Below, in pieces: positions 8,641 to 17,612 of a stretch of DNA of 64,000 bases (within the stretch, counting starts at the first letter, position 1; each line of letters starts with the position of its first letter). Source of the DNA: an uncultured Acidobacteriota bacterium (lineage in GTDB: Bacteria; Acidobacteriota; Vicinamibacteria; Vicinamibacterales; Fen-181); contig CAVUJA010000002.1 of assembly GCA_963741715.1 (NCBI GenBank), positions 136,883 through 200,882 on the forward strand, given 5' to 3'. The notes beneath the pieces are model-generated. The model was given only the letters and a program-made list of their open reading frames with translations, was not told the origin of the DNA and did no database searches. Both the position numbers and the translations under genes were made by a program.

Positions 8641-10002
8641 CTACCCGTGGCGGTCGCGCGGGGCCTCAACTCGGTCCGGACCGAGTTCGATGGGATCTCG
8701 GCCCGCGCCGATCACCGGCCCGAAGAACCGCTCCACTTCGTGGGCGTTGTGCCGGCGGCAGCGTAGCGAGATGTTCGCGACCGTCGCCGCGCCACCCATC
8801 GCAAATGGCACCTCGTGGTGGTACTCCAGGAATCCGCGCTCGGGGCAGCGGCCCGCCACGCCCACGAACGCGCACTGCCCGCCGTCCCGTTCCCACACCG
8901 CGCGCTTCACCTTCGACGGGATGCGGCGCGAACGAAGAGGCGGTGCTCCGGCCGTGACCCCGTCACTCGGGTGCCGCGTCGCCACAAGTGAAGGCCTGGC
9001 GCGAATCGCGGTGTCGGTTGCGAAGGTCGCTGACGGAGCCCCCGCTCGACCTGCACCGGCGCCTGCGTCTGCCCGACGGAATGGTGGCGCGACGTTCGAG
9101 TCGCCTGTCCGCTTCCGATCGCGCTGCTCGGTCGGCTGCTTCCTGGTTCGCTCCTTCCGCGCGGCGAACTTCGCCCGCTCCAGGTCCGCCACGAGCAGCG
9201 TCAGCGCACGATCGAAGATGAGCGCCAGATCACCGTTGGGCACCACGTGCCGCAGCAGGTCCTGCGCGTGCCTCAACTTGGCATGCGTTTGCGCGGACAC
9301 GGTCACCTGCACGTGGTAACGCTCAGGCGCGAGAGCTCGGACCGTCGCCGGTCGAGCGCCGAGCGCAGGCGGCACCCTAAGCAGCGCGGCGCCCATGCCC
9401 TGCCCGTTGTCCAGGAGCGGCGCGGCCTCCAGTCCCGGTTGCACGTGGGCGGGTGCGGCACCCGGTTCGACGATGGCGGCTGCAGGTGGCGGCGCTTCGC
9501 TCGCCCGCGCGCTGCCGCTCGTCCCTGCGGTGTCGGCCGCCGTCGCCACCCGCGGCCCGGGCACCTTCCGGATGGACGGTCGAACGTCGGAGCGCGGCCT
9601 CAGGCGCGCCGCCAGCTCCTCGACCGCGCGCTTGCCGAGGTGCCTGGCCGCCGCCAGGACGTCACGATGGTTCTCCTCGGTCAGGTGCGGTCGCAGCAGG
9701 CCGACCGTGGTCAGCGTCAGCGCGCCCTCCTCGAGCAGTCCGAGAATCACCGGGAACCGGCGCGTTGCCAGGGCGGCCTCGATGCGGAGATACGCGGCGT
9801 GCTCCGAGAGGTGCAGACACATGGTGCAGTACGCGAAGAGGGACGGGAGACCCTCGGGCAGGTAGAGCCGACGCTGGTCCAACTCGACGAGCGAGGCGAT
9901 GAGGTCGGCCGTGGCGCCGCGTTCGCGGTGTGCCAACCGCACGACTTCGGCGACCAGGGCCCCATCGGACAACCGAGCGAATTCCGAAGTGTTCATGGCC
10001 AT
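8641..10002 (-). CDS. HNH endonuclease with DUF222-like N-terminal domain
   Basis: C-terminal HNH module CAFVGVAGRCPERGFLEYHHEVPFAMGGAATVANISLRCRRHN. Helical N-terminal region (LVELDQRRLYLPEG...SLFAYC). Start at ATG 10002 or 9996 (MAMNTSEF). The last ~15 codons read through the palindromic repeat. Confidence 0.75.
   Translation of the reverse strand: MAMNTSEFARLSDGALVAEVVRLAHRERGATADLIASLVELDQRRLYLPEGLPSLFAYCTMCLHLSEHAAYLRIEAALATRRFPVILGLLEEGALTLTTVGLLRPHLTEENHRDVLAAARHLGKRAVEELAARLRPRSDVRPSIRKVPGPRVATAADTAGTSGSARASEAPPPAAAIVEPGAAPAHVQPGLEAAPLLDNGQGMGAALLRVPPALGARPATVRALAPERYHVQVTVSAQTHAKLRHAQDLLRHVVPNGDLALIFDRALTLLVADLERAKFAARKERTRKQPTEQRDRKRTGDSNVAPPFRRADAGAGAGRAGAPSATFATDTAIRARPSLVATRHPSDGVTAGAPPLRSRRIPSKVKRAVWERDGGQCAFVGVAGRCPERGFLEYHHEVPFAMGGAATVANISLRCRRHNAHEVERFFGPVIGAGRDPIELGPDRVEAPRDRHG
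8656..8687. repeat. 32-nt repeat CGCGCGGGGCCTCAACTCGGTCCGGACCGAGT containing the 18-bp palindrome (copy 2)
   Basis: Near-identical direct copy at 10465-10496. Together they bracket the HNH gene. Confidence 0.9.
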
Positions 10003-10464
10003 GGACACAATATAGGCGGCCACTTTCGGGCCCACGCCGTTGGCGCCTCCCGCCCGATTGCACGCCACGATGACGCCGATGCCGACCCGCGACCCGATCG
10101 CCTCCGCACGCTCAACGTCGTCCGCGTCTCCGCTGTTCTGACGGGCGGTCCCGCCCCTGCGCCGGTCACCGTCCGGAAGCTGTCAAGCCCCAGAGCACAT
10201 ATATTTCGGGCGCGGCTGTCGCGGAGAGGCTGGAAGGTCCAAAGCGTGGTTGGTGTCGGAGCTGTTTTCGGAGCAACGTGACCTGGCCGGGTTTCCGACG
10301 CAAAAGACCTGCGATTCCGCAATCCTGTTGAAAACCCTGCACCGCTTCTCCGGGCAGAAACTGCGTCGCGCCGACGGATGTCGAAAAAACAGCTCCGACG
10401 TGAATTGTCCCGCCTTGGAACCGTCCGACCGCGCGCGAGTGCCGCCTGGCTGCGAGTGACGACC

Positions 10465-10496
10465 GCGCGGGGCCCCAACTCGGTCCGGACCGAGTC
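10465..10496. repeat. 32-nt repeat CGCGCGGGGCCCCAACTCGGTCCGGACCGAGT (copy 3)
   Basis: Differs from 8656-8687 at one position. Lies between the HNH gene and the tsaD stop. Confidence 0.9.
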
Positions 10497-10519
10497 CAGA
10501 GTGTGAAGGCGGAGGGTTC

Positions 10520-11671
10520 CTACAGCTTCAGCGCCGCGTCCGCGTTGAGGCTCCAGTCGGCGGTAACGCCCGCGCGGTAGCGGCGCAGGCCGGCGGCGGC
10601 GATCATCGCCGCGTTGTCGGTCGAGAGGGCAAGCGTCGGGAGGAAGACGGGCAGGCTCAGCTCCGCGCCGCGGGCCGCGGCGTCCTCGCGCAGCCGGCTG
10701 TTGGCCGACACGCCGCCCGCGATCCCCACGCTCTTCGCGCCGTGGCGCCAGGCGGCCTCGAACAGCCGATCGACGAGCGTCTCGACGACCACGCGCTGGA
10801 AGCTGGCGCAGATGTCGGCGATCTCGGCGGGCGTGAACGGTGCGGGCGCCGCATCCGCCCCCGTCCCCTGTCCCTCGTGCCTCGCCCCTCGTCCCCCGTC
10901 CCTCGTCCCTCGTCCCTCGTTCCCTGTCCCTCGCCCCTCGTCCCCAATTCCTCGGCCCTTGACGTACCGCGAAACCGCCGTCTTGATCCCGCTGAAGCTG
11001 AAGTCCAGCCGGCCGGCGAGGTCGGGCGCGTTGCGATCGCGGTGCGTGATGCGCGTCATGGGAAACGCCACCGCGCGGTCGTTGCCCTCGCGCGCCAGCT
11101 TGTCGATGATCGGCCCGCCCGGGTAGCCCAGCCCCAACAGCTTCGCCACCTTGTCGTACGCCTCGCCCGCCGCATCGTCCCGGGTGCGCGCGATCAGCCG
11201 ATAGACGCCAGCTTCCGGAACGAGATACAGGCTCGTGTGGCCGCCCGAAACGACGAGGACGACCGACGGAAGAGGAAGCGGGCCGTTGTGGAGGAAGAGC
11301 GACTCGATGTGGCCCGCGAGGTGGTGCACGGGGACGAGCGGCTTGCCGATGGACGCCGCAAACGACTTCGCGAACTGCAGGCCCACCAGCAGCGAGCCAA
11401 CCAGCCCAGGCCCCTGCGTCACCGCGACCGCGTCGATCCCCCGCGCGTCGATCCCGGCATCGAGCAGCGCCTTCTCGACGACCCCGCAGATGTCGCGGAC
11501 GTGCTGCCGCGACGCGAGTTCCGGAACCACGCCGCCCCACTCGCGGTGGATGTCCACCTGGGACGCGACCACGCTCGAGCGGATCTGCCACGGACGCGCC
11601 GCGTCATCGACTTCGGCCACCACGGCGGCGGCCGTTTCGTCGCACGAGCTCTCGATTCCCAGGATCTGCAT
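10520..11671 (-). CDS. tsaD: tRNA N6-adenosine threonylcarbamoyltransferase TsaD, with a repeat-encoded ~33-aa insertion
   Basis: Kae1/TsaD motifs GIESSCDET, HHLAGH, VSGGHTSL, DFSFSGIKTAV, GGVSANSRL, STDNAAMIA. 383 aa, about 40 longer than usual, because of GRGIGDEGRGTGNEGRGTRDGGRGARHEGQGTG. Confidence 0.92.
   Translation of the reverse strand: MQILGIESSCDETAAAVVAEVDDAARPWQIRSSVVASQVDIHREWGGVVPELASRQHVRDICGVVEKALLDAGIDARGIDAVAVTQGPGLVGSLLVGLQFAKSFAASIGKPLVPVHHLAGHIESLFLHNGPLPLPSVVLVVSGGHTSLYLVPEAGVYRLIARTRDDAAGEAYDKVAKLLGLGYPGGPIIDKLAREGNDRAVAFPMTRITHRDRNAPDLAGRLDFSFSGIKTAVSRYVKGRGIGDEGRGTGNEGRGTRDGGRGARHEGQGTGADAAPAPFTPAEIADICASFQRVVVETLVDRLFEAAWRHGAKSVGIAGGVSANSRLREDAAARGAELSLPVFLPTLALSTDNAAMIAAAGLRRYRAGVTADWSLNADAALKL
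10858..10955. repeat. tandem heptamer array (CCCTCGT)n, about 14 units, inside the tsaD coding sequence
   Basis: cccccgt cccctgt ccctcgt gcctcgc ccctcgt cccccgt ccctcgt ccctcgt ccctcgt tccctgt ccctcgc ccctcgt ccccaat tcctcgg. On the coding strand this is (ACGAGGG)n and is stop-free in every frame. Confidence 0.95.
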
Positions 11672-11691
11672 TCTACAAGTCGAAGTCGCCC

Positions 11692-11742
11692 GTCAGTCGG
11701 CACTGCCTGTCAGTCGGGATTGGACATCAGTCGGAGCTCCGC
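11692..11742. repeat. 3 x 17-nt tandem repeat carrying (G/A)TCAGTCGG
   Basis: GTCAGTCGG at 11692 and 11709, ATCAGTCGG at 11726. CAGTCGG is the complement of the CCGACTG-type heptamer at 4587-4624. Lies between the tsaD start and the mtnA stop. Confidence 0.7.
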
Positions 11743-11765
11743 GCCGGTCGCCTGACAGGCGTCGA

Positions 11766-12806
11766 CTAGCTGACCGCCTGCCTGAGCGACTGCTCGTAAG
11801 GCGCCCGCCAGACGCCGCGCTCGGTGATGATCGCCGTCACCAGTCTCGCCGGCGTGACGTCGAACGCGGGGTTGCGGATCTTCGCCGCCTCCGGTGTCAG
11901 GCGCGTCGTCCCCACGTGCGTGACCTCGCGGGTCGGCCGCTCCTCGATGGGAATCCCCGCGCCGCTCTCGGTCGCCAGGTCGAGCGTCGAGCTCGGCGCC
12001 GCGACGTAGAACGGGATGCCGTGCTCCTTCGCGAGCACCGCCACGCCGTACGTCCCCACCTTGTTCGCCACGTCGCCGTTGGCGGCAATCCGGTCGGCGC
12101 CCACGACGACGAGGTCGATGAGGCCCTGGCGCATGAAAGTGCCGGCCATGTTGTCGGTGATGACGGTCGTGTCGATACCGTCGTGCGTCAGCTCCCACGC
12201 CGTCAGGCGCGCGCCCTGCAGGAAGGGCCGCGTCTCGTCGGCGAACACGCTCACCTGCTTGCCCATCTCCACCGCGCCGCGGACGACGCCGAGCGCCGTC
12301 CCGTAGCCGGCGGTCGCCAGCGCGCCCGCGTTGCAGTGCGTGAGAATGCGCGCCTTCTGCGGCACGAGCTCGCCGCCGAACCTCCCGATCGCCCGGCACA
12401 TCTCGACGTCTTCGTCGTGGATGCCGCGCGCTTCGCGCTCGAGGCGCGCCTTGATCTCGTCCACCGACGCCCCGGCCTGCGCCGCCGCGGCGAAGCACCG
12501 CTTCATCCGGTCGATGGCCCAGAACAGGTTGACGGCGGTCGGCCGCGTCGACGCCAGCAGCTCGCACGTCTTCTGGAACTCGGCCGCGAACCTGCCGGTG
12601 CCCGTGGCCTTGCTCTTCTTCATGCCGAGCGCCAGGCCCATGGCCGCCGACACGCCGATCGCCGGCGCCCCCCGAATCACCATCGTCTTGATGGCCCTTG
12701 CCACCTCGGCGGCCGACTTGCACTTGACGTAGACCTCGGCCGACGGCAGCTTGCGCTGATCGATCATCACGACGAGGTCGTCCTGCCACTCGACGGTGGG
12801 AAGCAT
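11766..12806 (-). CDS. mtnA: S-methyl-5-thioribose-1-phosphate isomerase
   Basis: 346 aa. MtnA/eIF-2B-like family pattern: MIDQRKLP ... [13 protein letters not shown] ... [11 protein letters not shown] ... HCNAGALAT ... [20 protein letters not shown] ... [19 protein letters not shown]. Confidence 0.92.
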   Translation of the reverse strand: MLPTVEWQDDLVVMIDQRKLPSAEVYVKCKSAAEVARAIKTMVIRGAPAIGVSAAMGLALGMKKSKATGTGRFAAEFQKTCELLASTRPTAVNLFWAIDRMKRCFAAAAQAGASVDEIKARLEREARGIHDEDVEMCRAIGRFGGELVPQKARILTHCNAGALATAGYGTALGVVRGAVEMGKQVSVFADETRPFLQGARLTAWELTHDGIDTTVITDNMAGTFMRQGLIDLVVVGADRIAANGDVANKVGTYGVAVLAKEHGIPFYVAAPSSTLDLATESGAGIPIEERPTREVTHVGTTRLTPEAAKIRNPAFDVTPARLVTAIITERGVWRAPYEQSLRQAVS

Positions 12807-12821
12807 AGGGTGCGATCATAC

Positions 12822-12917
12822 AGGATTCAGGAGTCAGGATTCGGGATTCGGGACGGCGCAGACCCGCCGAATCCCACCTGGATCCCACTGACTCCCGACT
12901 CCCGGCTCCTGAATCCT
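12822..12917. repeat. inverted pair of heptamer arrays (AGGATTC-type arm and its complement) forming a hairpin
   Basis: Left arm aggattc aggagtc aggattc gggattc ggga (12822-12852). Right arm cgaatcc ...ctgactcc cgactcc cggctcc tgaatcc t (12868-12917). About 15-nt loop. Sits between the mtnA start (12806) and the cdd stop (12923). Confidence 0.9.
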
Positions 12918-12922
12918 ACGGG

Positions 12923-13315
12923 CTATTTCTTGAGAAACCGCGCGTCGAACGGCAGCGGCAGGAGGTCGCTCAGGCGGTAGCGCGCCTTCTCTTCGCGGAG
13001 GTTCGCGAGGACGACCTCGATGTCGCCCGCGAACTCCCAAAGGATCTGGCGGCACGGGCCGCACGGCGGCGTGGGGTCGTCGGTGTCGGCGGCGACGGCG
13101 ATGCGGCGGAACGCGGTGAAGCCGTCCGACACCGCCTTGAACACCGCCACGCGCTCGGCGCACATGGTCAGGCCGTAGGTGGCGTTCTCGATGTTGCAGC
13201 CGGTGATGACGCGGCCGTCGGTGGTTTCGAGCGCGGCGCCCACCTTGAACTGCGAGAACGGGGCGTGCGCCCGCTCGCGGGCCTCACGCGCGGCGGCAAC
13301 CAGAGGGTCGGTCAT
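12923..13315 (-). CDS. cdd: cytidine deaminase
   Basis: 130 aa. Zinc motifs CAERVA and PCGPCRQ, with the family-typical SQFKVGAAL...GCNIENA. Confidence 0.92.
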   Translation of the reverse strand: MTDPLVAAAREARERAHAPFSQFKVGAALETTDGRVITGCNIENATYGLTMCAERVAVFKAVSDGFTAFRRIAVAADTDDPTPPCGPCRQILWEFAGDIEVVLANLREEKARYRLSDLLPLPFDARFLKK

Positions 13316-13527
13316 AACGGCATTCTCTCACGCGGGGACCGGCACCGGGACCCATCACGGCGCCGGCGCCTCATTGTACGGCCAGACGCAGCTCTCGTCG
13401 TGTTCAGGACGACGCGGGCGAACCTGCCGCGTCCACCATGCGGGCGGGGGGAGCGGTCCTTCTTGGTCAGGGTCGGCCGCCGGAATGGGCTCGCAGGCGG
13501 CGCGACGACATCGGACGTCCAGATGGC

Positions 13528-14586
13528 TCACAGGACGCCTGGATGGGGCGCCTCGATGTCGGTGAATCGCACCATCCGTTGCTGCGCCTCGTCCCACAGC
13601 CGCAGGCGGACCAGGCGCAGGCTTCCGCGGAGCGTCAGCGGCGGAACCTCGTGGAACGCCGGCACGCGGTCCTGGCACTGCTGCAGGGCGTAGCTCGGAA
13701 TGCGCGGCTGGACGTGATGGATGTGGTGCAGGCCGATGCTGCCGGTGAACCACTGCAGCACCTTCGGCAGCTTGTAGTACGAACTGCCGGCCAGGGCCGC
13801 GCGCCACGGGTTCCACGCCTCGTGCCGGCTCCAATAGACGTCGTCGAACTGGTGCTGCACGTAGAACAGCCAGATCCCGGCCGCGCCGCCGAGCAGTCCA
13901 ACGGGCGCCGCCAGCAGGACGAAGTTTCGGAAGCCGAACGCCAGCACCGCCCCGGCGAGTAGGGCCGCGGCGCCCGCGTTGGTGAAATGCACGCTGAATC
14001 GCTCGCGGCGGCTCGCGTGTCGCGGGCAGAACCGGTGCTGGATGACAAAGACGAACACGGGACCGATGGCGAACATCACCAGCGGATTCCGGAAGGCTCG
14101 ATAGAAAAACCGCTGCAGGCGCGACGCCGCCAGGTACTCCTTGACCGTCAGCGTCCACACGTCGCCGACCCCGCGCCGGTCCAGGTCGCCGACGGTCGCG
14201 TGGTGCCGGACGTGCGCGCGCTGCCACCGCTCGAACGGGGTGAGGGTCAGCAGGCCCGTGATGTAGCCGACCACACGGTTGGCCCGGGCCGACGGAAACA
14301 GCGAGCCGTGACAGCAGTCGTGAAAGAGGATGAAGACCCTCACGGTCAGGCCGGCGGCGAGGACCGTCAGCCCGAGGGCCGCGGCCGGATGTCTGCGGAC
14401 CAGCCAGGCCATCGCCGCCCAGACGGCGACGTACGGGACGAGGGTTTCGATCAGTTGCCAGGTTGCGCGCCGCGTATCGGCTCGCGCGAACGCCGCAACC
14501 GCCGGGTACCAGTCGGGCCTCGCCCGGACGGGTGCCGCGCCCTCGTCGGCCGCCGAAATCGTCATCGGTGCCGTGGCTTCTTCCAT
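13528..14586 (-). CDS. membrane fatty-acid desaturase
   Basis: Three histidine boxes HDCCH, HVRHH, HHIHH, plus hydrophobic helices. The start is placed at ATG 14586 (MEEATAP...); the longer track ORF adds 69 unlikely codons. Confidence 0.85.
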   Translation of the reverse strand: MEEATAPMTISAADEGAAPVRARPDWYPAVAAFARADTRRATWQLIETLVPYVAVWAAMAWLVRRHPAAALGLTVLAAGLTVRVFILFHDCCHGSLFPSARANRVVGYITGLLTLTPFERWQRAHVRHHATVGDLDRRGVGDVWTLTVKEYLAASRLQRFFYRAFRNPLVMFAIGPVFVFVIQHRFCPRHASRRERFSVHFTNAGAAALLAGAVLAFGFRNFVLLAAPVGLLGGAAGIWLFYVQHQFDDVYWSRHEAWNPWRAALAGSSYYKLPKVLQWFTGSIGLHHIHHVQPRIPSYALQQCQDRVPAFHEVPPLTLRGSLRLVRLRLWDEAQQRMVRFTDIEAPHPGVL

Positions 14587-14832
14587 GTCCGGAAATCCCG
14601 CCGGGCCCCTGGGCGCCAACGTCCGCCGGCTGGGAAAGGGACCCTGACGTGTCCATTTTGACTGGCCGCCGGGGCGCTCGCTGTTCACAATTGGACAGCC
14701 CGAAAAGGTGACTGCTGCCGAATCGGAAGACGTCCGCGGCGCCGCCTTAGCGCAAGGCAACGAACGTCCTGTGCGGCCGAGCTCGAAATACACTGTCGGC
14801 GCGGGCGGTGGTGGCCAGTACCGCAGTTCCGA

Positions 14833-15654
14833 CTACAGCGCCGTGACGACGCCTTCGAGCAGCGAGATGAATTGATCCTTCACCCGCGTGGCCGTTGCCA
14901 TGACTTCCGCGTGGTTCAGCGGCTGGTCCAGCACGCCGGCGGCCATGTTCGTGATGCACGAAATCGCCAGCACCTCGAGGCCCATGTGGCGCGCGACGAT
15001 GGTTTCGGGCACGGTGGACATGCCCACCGCGTCGGCGCCGATCGACCGGAGGTAGCGAATCTCGGCCGGCGTTTCGTAACTCGGGCCGTGCAGCCCGACG
15101 TAGATGCCGTGCGCCACCGCAATGCCTCTCGCCGCCGCCACCACGTCGGCCAGCCCGCGCAGCCGCTTCGAGTACGCGTCGGTCATGTCGGGGAAGCGGG
15201 GCCCGAAGCGCTCGTCGTTGGGCCCGATCAGCGGGTTGGTGCCGAACAGGTTGATGTGGTCGTCGATCACCATCAGCGCGCCCGACTCGAACGAGGTGTT
15301 GATGCCGCCCGCGGCGTTGGTGAGGATGACGGTCTTCACGCCGAGCAGGCCGAGGACGCGGACCGAGAACGTGGATCGCGGCAGCGGGTGCCCTTCGTAG
15401 AAGTGCGCGCGCCCGGAGAGCACCGCGATCTGCTTGCCGCACAACTCCCCTGCCACCAGCTTGCCGGCGTGGCCCACGACGCCCGACGGCGGCCAGTTCG
15501 GGATCTGGAGGTAGGGGATCGTCGTCGCCGCGTTCACGCGGCCGGCGAAATCGCCGAGCCCCGAGCCCAGGACGACGGCGAGTTCGGGAACACCCCCCAG
15601 CGCCCGGCGCAGGTACTCGGCAGCTTCGGAGACCTGATCGTAGTAGGTGGACAT
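14833..15654 (-). CDS. punA: purine nucleoside phosphorylase (trimeric PNP/PunA type)
   Basis: 273 aa from ATG 15654 (GGAG 5 nt upstream). Pattern VVLGSGLG ... GHAGKLV.G ... GRAHFYEG ... LTNAAGG ... GPSYETPAE ... GADAVGMSTVPE. The upstream 54 codons of the track ORF are translation of the octamer array. Confidence 0.85.
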   Translation of the reverse strand: MSTYYDQVSEAAEYLRRALGGVPELAVVLGSGLGDFAGRVNAATTIPYLQIPNWPPSGVVGHAGKLVAGELCGKQIAVLSGRAHFYEGHPLPRSTFSVRVLGLLGVKTVILTNAAGGINTSFESGALMVIDDHINLFGTNPLIGPNDERFGPRFPDMTDAYSKRLRGLADVVAAARGIAVAHGIYVGLHGPSYETPAEIRYLRSIGADAVGMSTVPETIVARHMGLEVLAISCITNMAAGVLDQPLNHAEVMATATRVKDQFISLLEGVVTAL

Positions 15655-15670
15655 GATGACTCCATGCGCA

Positions 15671-16008
15671 GATAACTGGATAACTGAAGAACTGGATAAC
15701 TGGATAACTGGATAACTGGATAACTGGATAACTGAACTGGATAACTGAAGAACTGGAGAGCTGGGGAACTGAGTGACGGCACAACTGCGCAATTGCGTGA
15801 CCGCGCAACTGCACAACTGACGCCGCTGCAGTACCGCGTGGCAGAACAGTTGGCGCGCGACTTGCCCCAGTTACCCGGTTGTCCAGTTGCCCAGTTACCC
15901 AGTTGCCCAGTTGCCCAGTCCTCCAGTCTCCCAGTTGCCCAGTTATCCAGTTGCCCAGTTGCCCAGTTGCCCAGTTGCCCAGTTTCCCAGTTCTCCAGTT
16001 CTCGAGTT
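15671..16008. repeat. inverted pair of octamer arrays: (GATAACTG-like)x19 then (CAGTTGCC-like)x20
   Basis: Left arm 15671-15819, unit NNNAACTG. 27-nt spacer. Right arm 15847-16008, unit CAGTTNNC. The arms are mutually complementary. The right arm abuts the nupC stop (16007-16009), and the left arm ends 17 nt before the PNP start. Confidence 0.95.
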
Positions 16009-17401
16009 ACAGCAAGAACCCCGCAATGGTCGCGGTCACGAAGTTCGCCAGCGTGCCGGCCAGCATCGCGCGGAAGCCGAGGCGCGCCAGGTCGTGGCGG
16101 CGGTTCGGCGCCAGCGCGCCGATGCCGCCGATCTGGATGCCGATCGAGCTGAAGTTGGCGAAGCCGCACAGCGCGAACGTGGCGATGGTGAACGACTTCA
16201 TGTCGATCTGCCCGAACAGCGGGCCGGCCGCGTGCAGCGCCGTCGCCCCCGAGTACTTGCCGAGTTCCGAATACGCGACGAACTCGTTCAGCACCATGCG
16301 CGTGCCGAGCAGGTTGCCGATGATCTGCGAGTCCTTCCAGGGCACGCCCATCGACCACGCCACCGGCGCGAACGCCCACCCGAGAATCTGCTGCAAGGTC
16401 AGCCCAACCAGGCCGAGGCACGCGTTGACCAGCGCGACCAGCGCGAGGAACGAGATGAGCATCGCGCCGACGTTCAGCGCCAGGTGCAGGCCCTCGCCGG
16501 TGCCGCGCCCCGCCGCGTCGATCACGTTCACGTCGGTCCTCGGCACGTCCAGCTTCACCGTCCCCATCGTCTTGGGCGAGTCGGTCTCGGGAACGAACAT
16601 CTTGGCCATCATCAGCGTGCCCGGCGCGGTCATGATGACCGCCGTCAGCAGGTGCTTGGCCTCGATGCCGAACAGGATGTAGGCCGCCATGATGCCGCCG
16701 GAGATGTGCGCCATCCCCGACGTCATCACCGTCATCAGCTCGGACTGCGTCATCTCGGGCAGGTAGGGACGGATGGTCAGCGGCGCCTCGGTCTGCCCCA
16801 TGAAGATGCTCGCGGCGACGTTCAGCGACTCGGCCCCGCTCGCCTTCATCACGCGGCGCATCAGGTACGCGAACCCGCGCACGACCAGCTGCATGACGCC
16901 GAAGTAGTAGAGGATGGCGAAGAGCGCCGCGATGAAGATGATGGTCGGCAGCACCTGGAAGGCGAAGATCGTCCCGTACTGCGCGCCGTCGGGCCCGAGG
17001 ACGGTGGTCATGATCTTCGGCCACGCCTTCTTGTCGCCGAGCGGCCCGAAGACGAACGACGAGCCGACGTCGGCAAACGCCAGCAGCTGCGTGATGCCGT
17101 CGCTCGCCTTCTGGAAGATCACCGAGCCCGCGTTGGTCTTCAGGACGCCGAGCGCGAAGAGGATCTGCAGGCCGAGGCCCCACGCGACGGTCTTCAGGTC
17201 GATCGCGCGCCGGTTGCTGGACATCAGGTAGGCGATCCCGAGGATCACCACCAGGCCGACCACCGCCTGCACGCGGGGCATGCCCCCGAACTTGGCGAGG
17301 AGGGCGGCGACGACGGCGATGACGATCGCGGCGCCGACGATGAGGAACTCGATCCGGCGGGAAGCGGCCGGGGCCACAGGTTTCGAGTCGGTTGAATTCA
17401 C
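16007..17401 (-). CDS. nupC: NupC/concentrative nucleoside transporter family permease
   Basis: Family-typical blocks GSSFVFG, FAFQVLPTIIF, ASIFMGQTEAPL, MTSGMAHISGG, ATFALCGFANFSSIGIQIGG. GTG 17401 with GAGGAG 5 nt upstream. Confidence 0.9.
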   Translation of the reverse strand: MNSTDSKPVAPAASRRIEFLIVGAAIVIAVVAALLAKFGGMPRVQAVVGLVVILGIAYLMSSNRRAIDLKTVAWGLGLQILFALGVLKTNAGSVIFQKASDGITQLLAFADVGSSFVFGPLGDKKAWPKIMTTVLGPDGAQYGTIFAFQVLPTIIFIAALFAILYYFGVMQLVVRGFAYLMRRVMKASGAESLNVAASIFMGQTEAPLTIRPYLPEMTQSELMTVMTSGMAHISGGIMAAYILFGIEAKHLLTAVIMTAPGTLMMAKMFVPETDSPKTMGTVKLDVPRTDVNVIDAAGRGTGEGLHLALNVGAMLISFLALVALVNACLGLVGLTLQQILGWAFAPVAWSMGVPWKDSQIIGNLLGTRMVLNEFVAYSELGKYSGATALHAAGPLFGQIDMKSFTIATFALCGFANFSSIGIQIGGIGALAPNRRHDLARLGFRAMLAGTLANFVTATIAGFLL

Positions 17402-17556
17402 GCGTTCTCCTCGACAGCAGTGCCGGTTCGGCCTACTCGTCTCGCGGGCGTGGGGGTTCGTGTCGGTGCCGGAGCCACCGCTGCACCGCGGCCCCACCGC
17501 CTCCCGACCCGCCTCCGCAGGCCGGTAAACCTCCTCGCGGTGCGCCGGTTTCCGGT

Positions 17557-17612
17557 CCCTTCGACTCGCTTCGCTCGCTCAGGATCGCCCCGAGCACGGT
17601 CGAGGGGCGGCT
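17557..17612. repeat. REP-like GC-rich element (CCCTTCGACTC...CTCAGG..CGCCCCGAGCA..GTCGAGGGGCG)
   Basis: The same ~55-nt element occurs in reverse orientation at 26872-26925. Its ends are self-complementary (CCCTTCGAC / GTCGAGGGG). Confidence 0.75.

Noticed and set aside
14747-17183. ORFs translating the octamer array (QLSSYPVIQLSS..., PSCPVAQLPS...), including the N-terminal extension of the PNP ORF to 15816 and ORFs 15793..16152 and 15879..16682.
   Set aside because: The periodic peptides are simply the 8-nt repeat read in frame. The PNP homology starts at MSTYYDQ (ATG 15654), which has its own Shine-Dalgarno.
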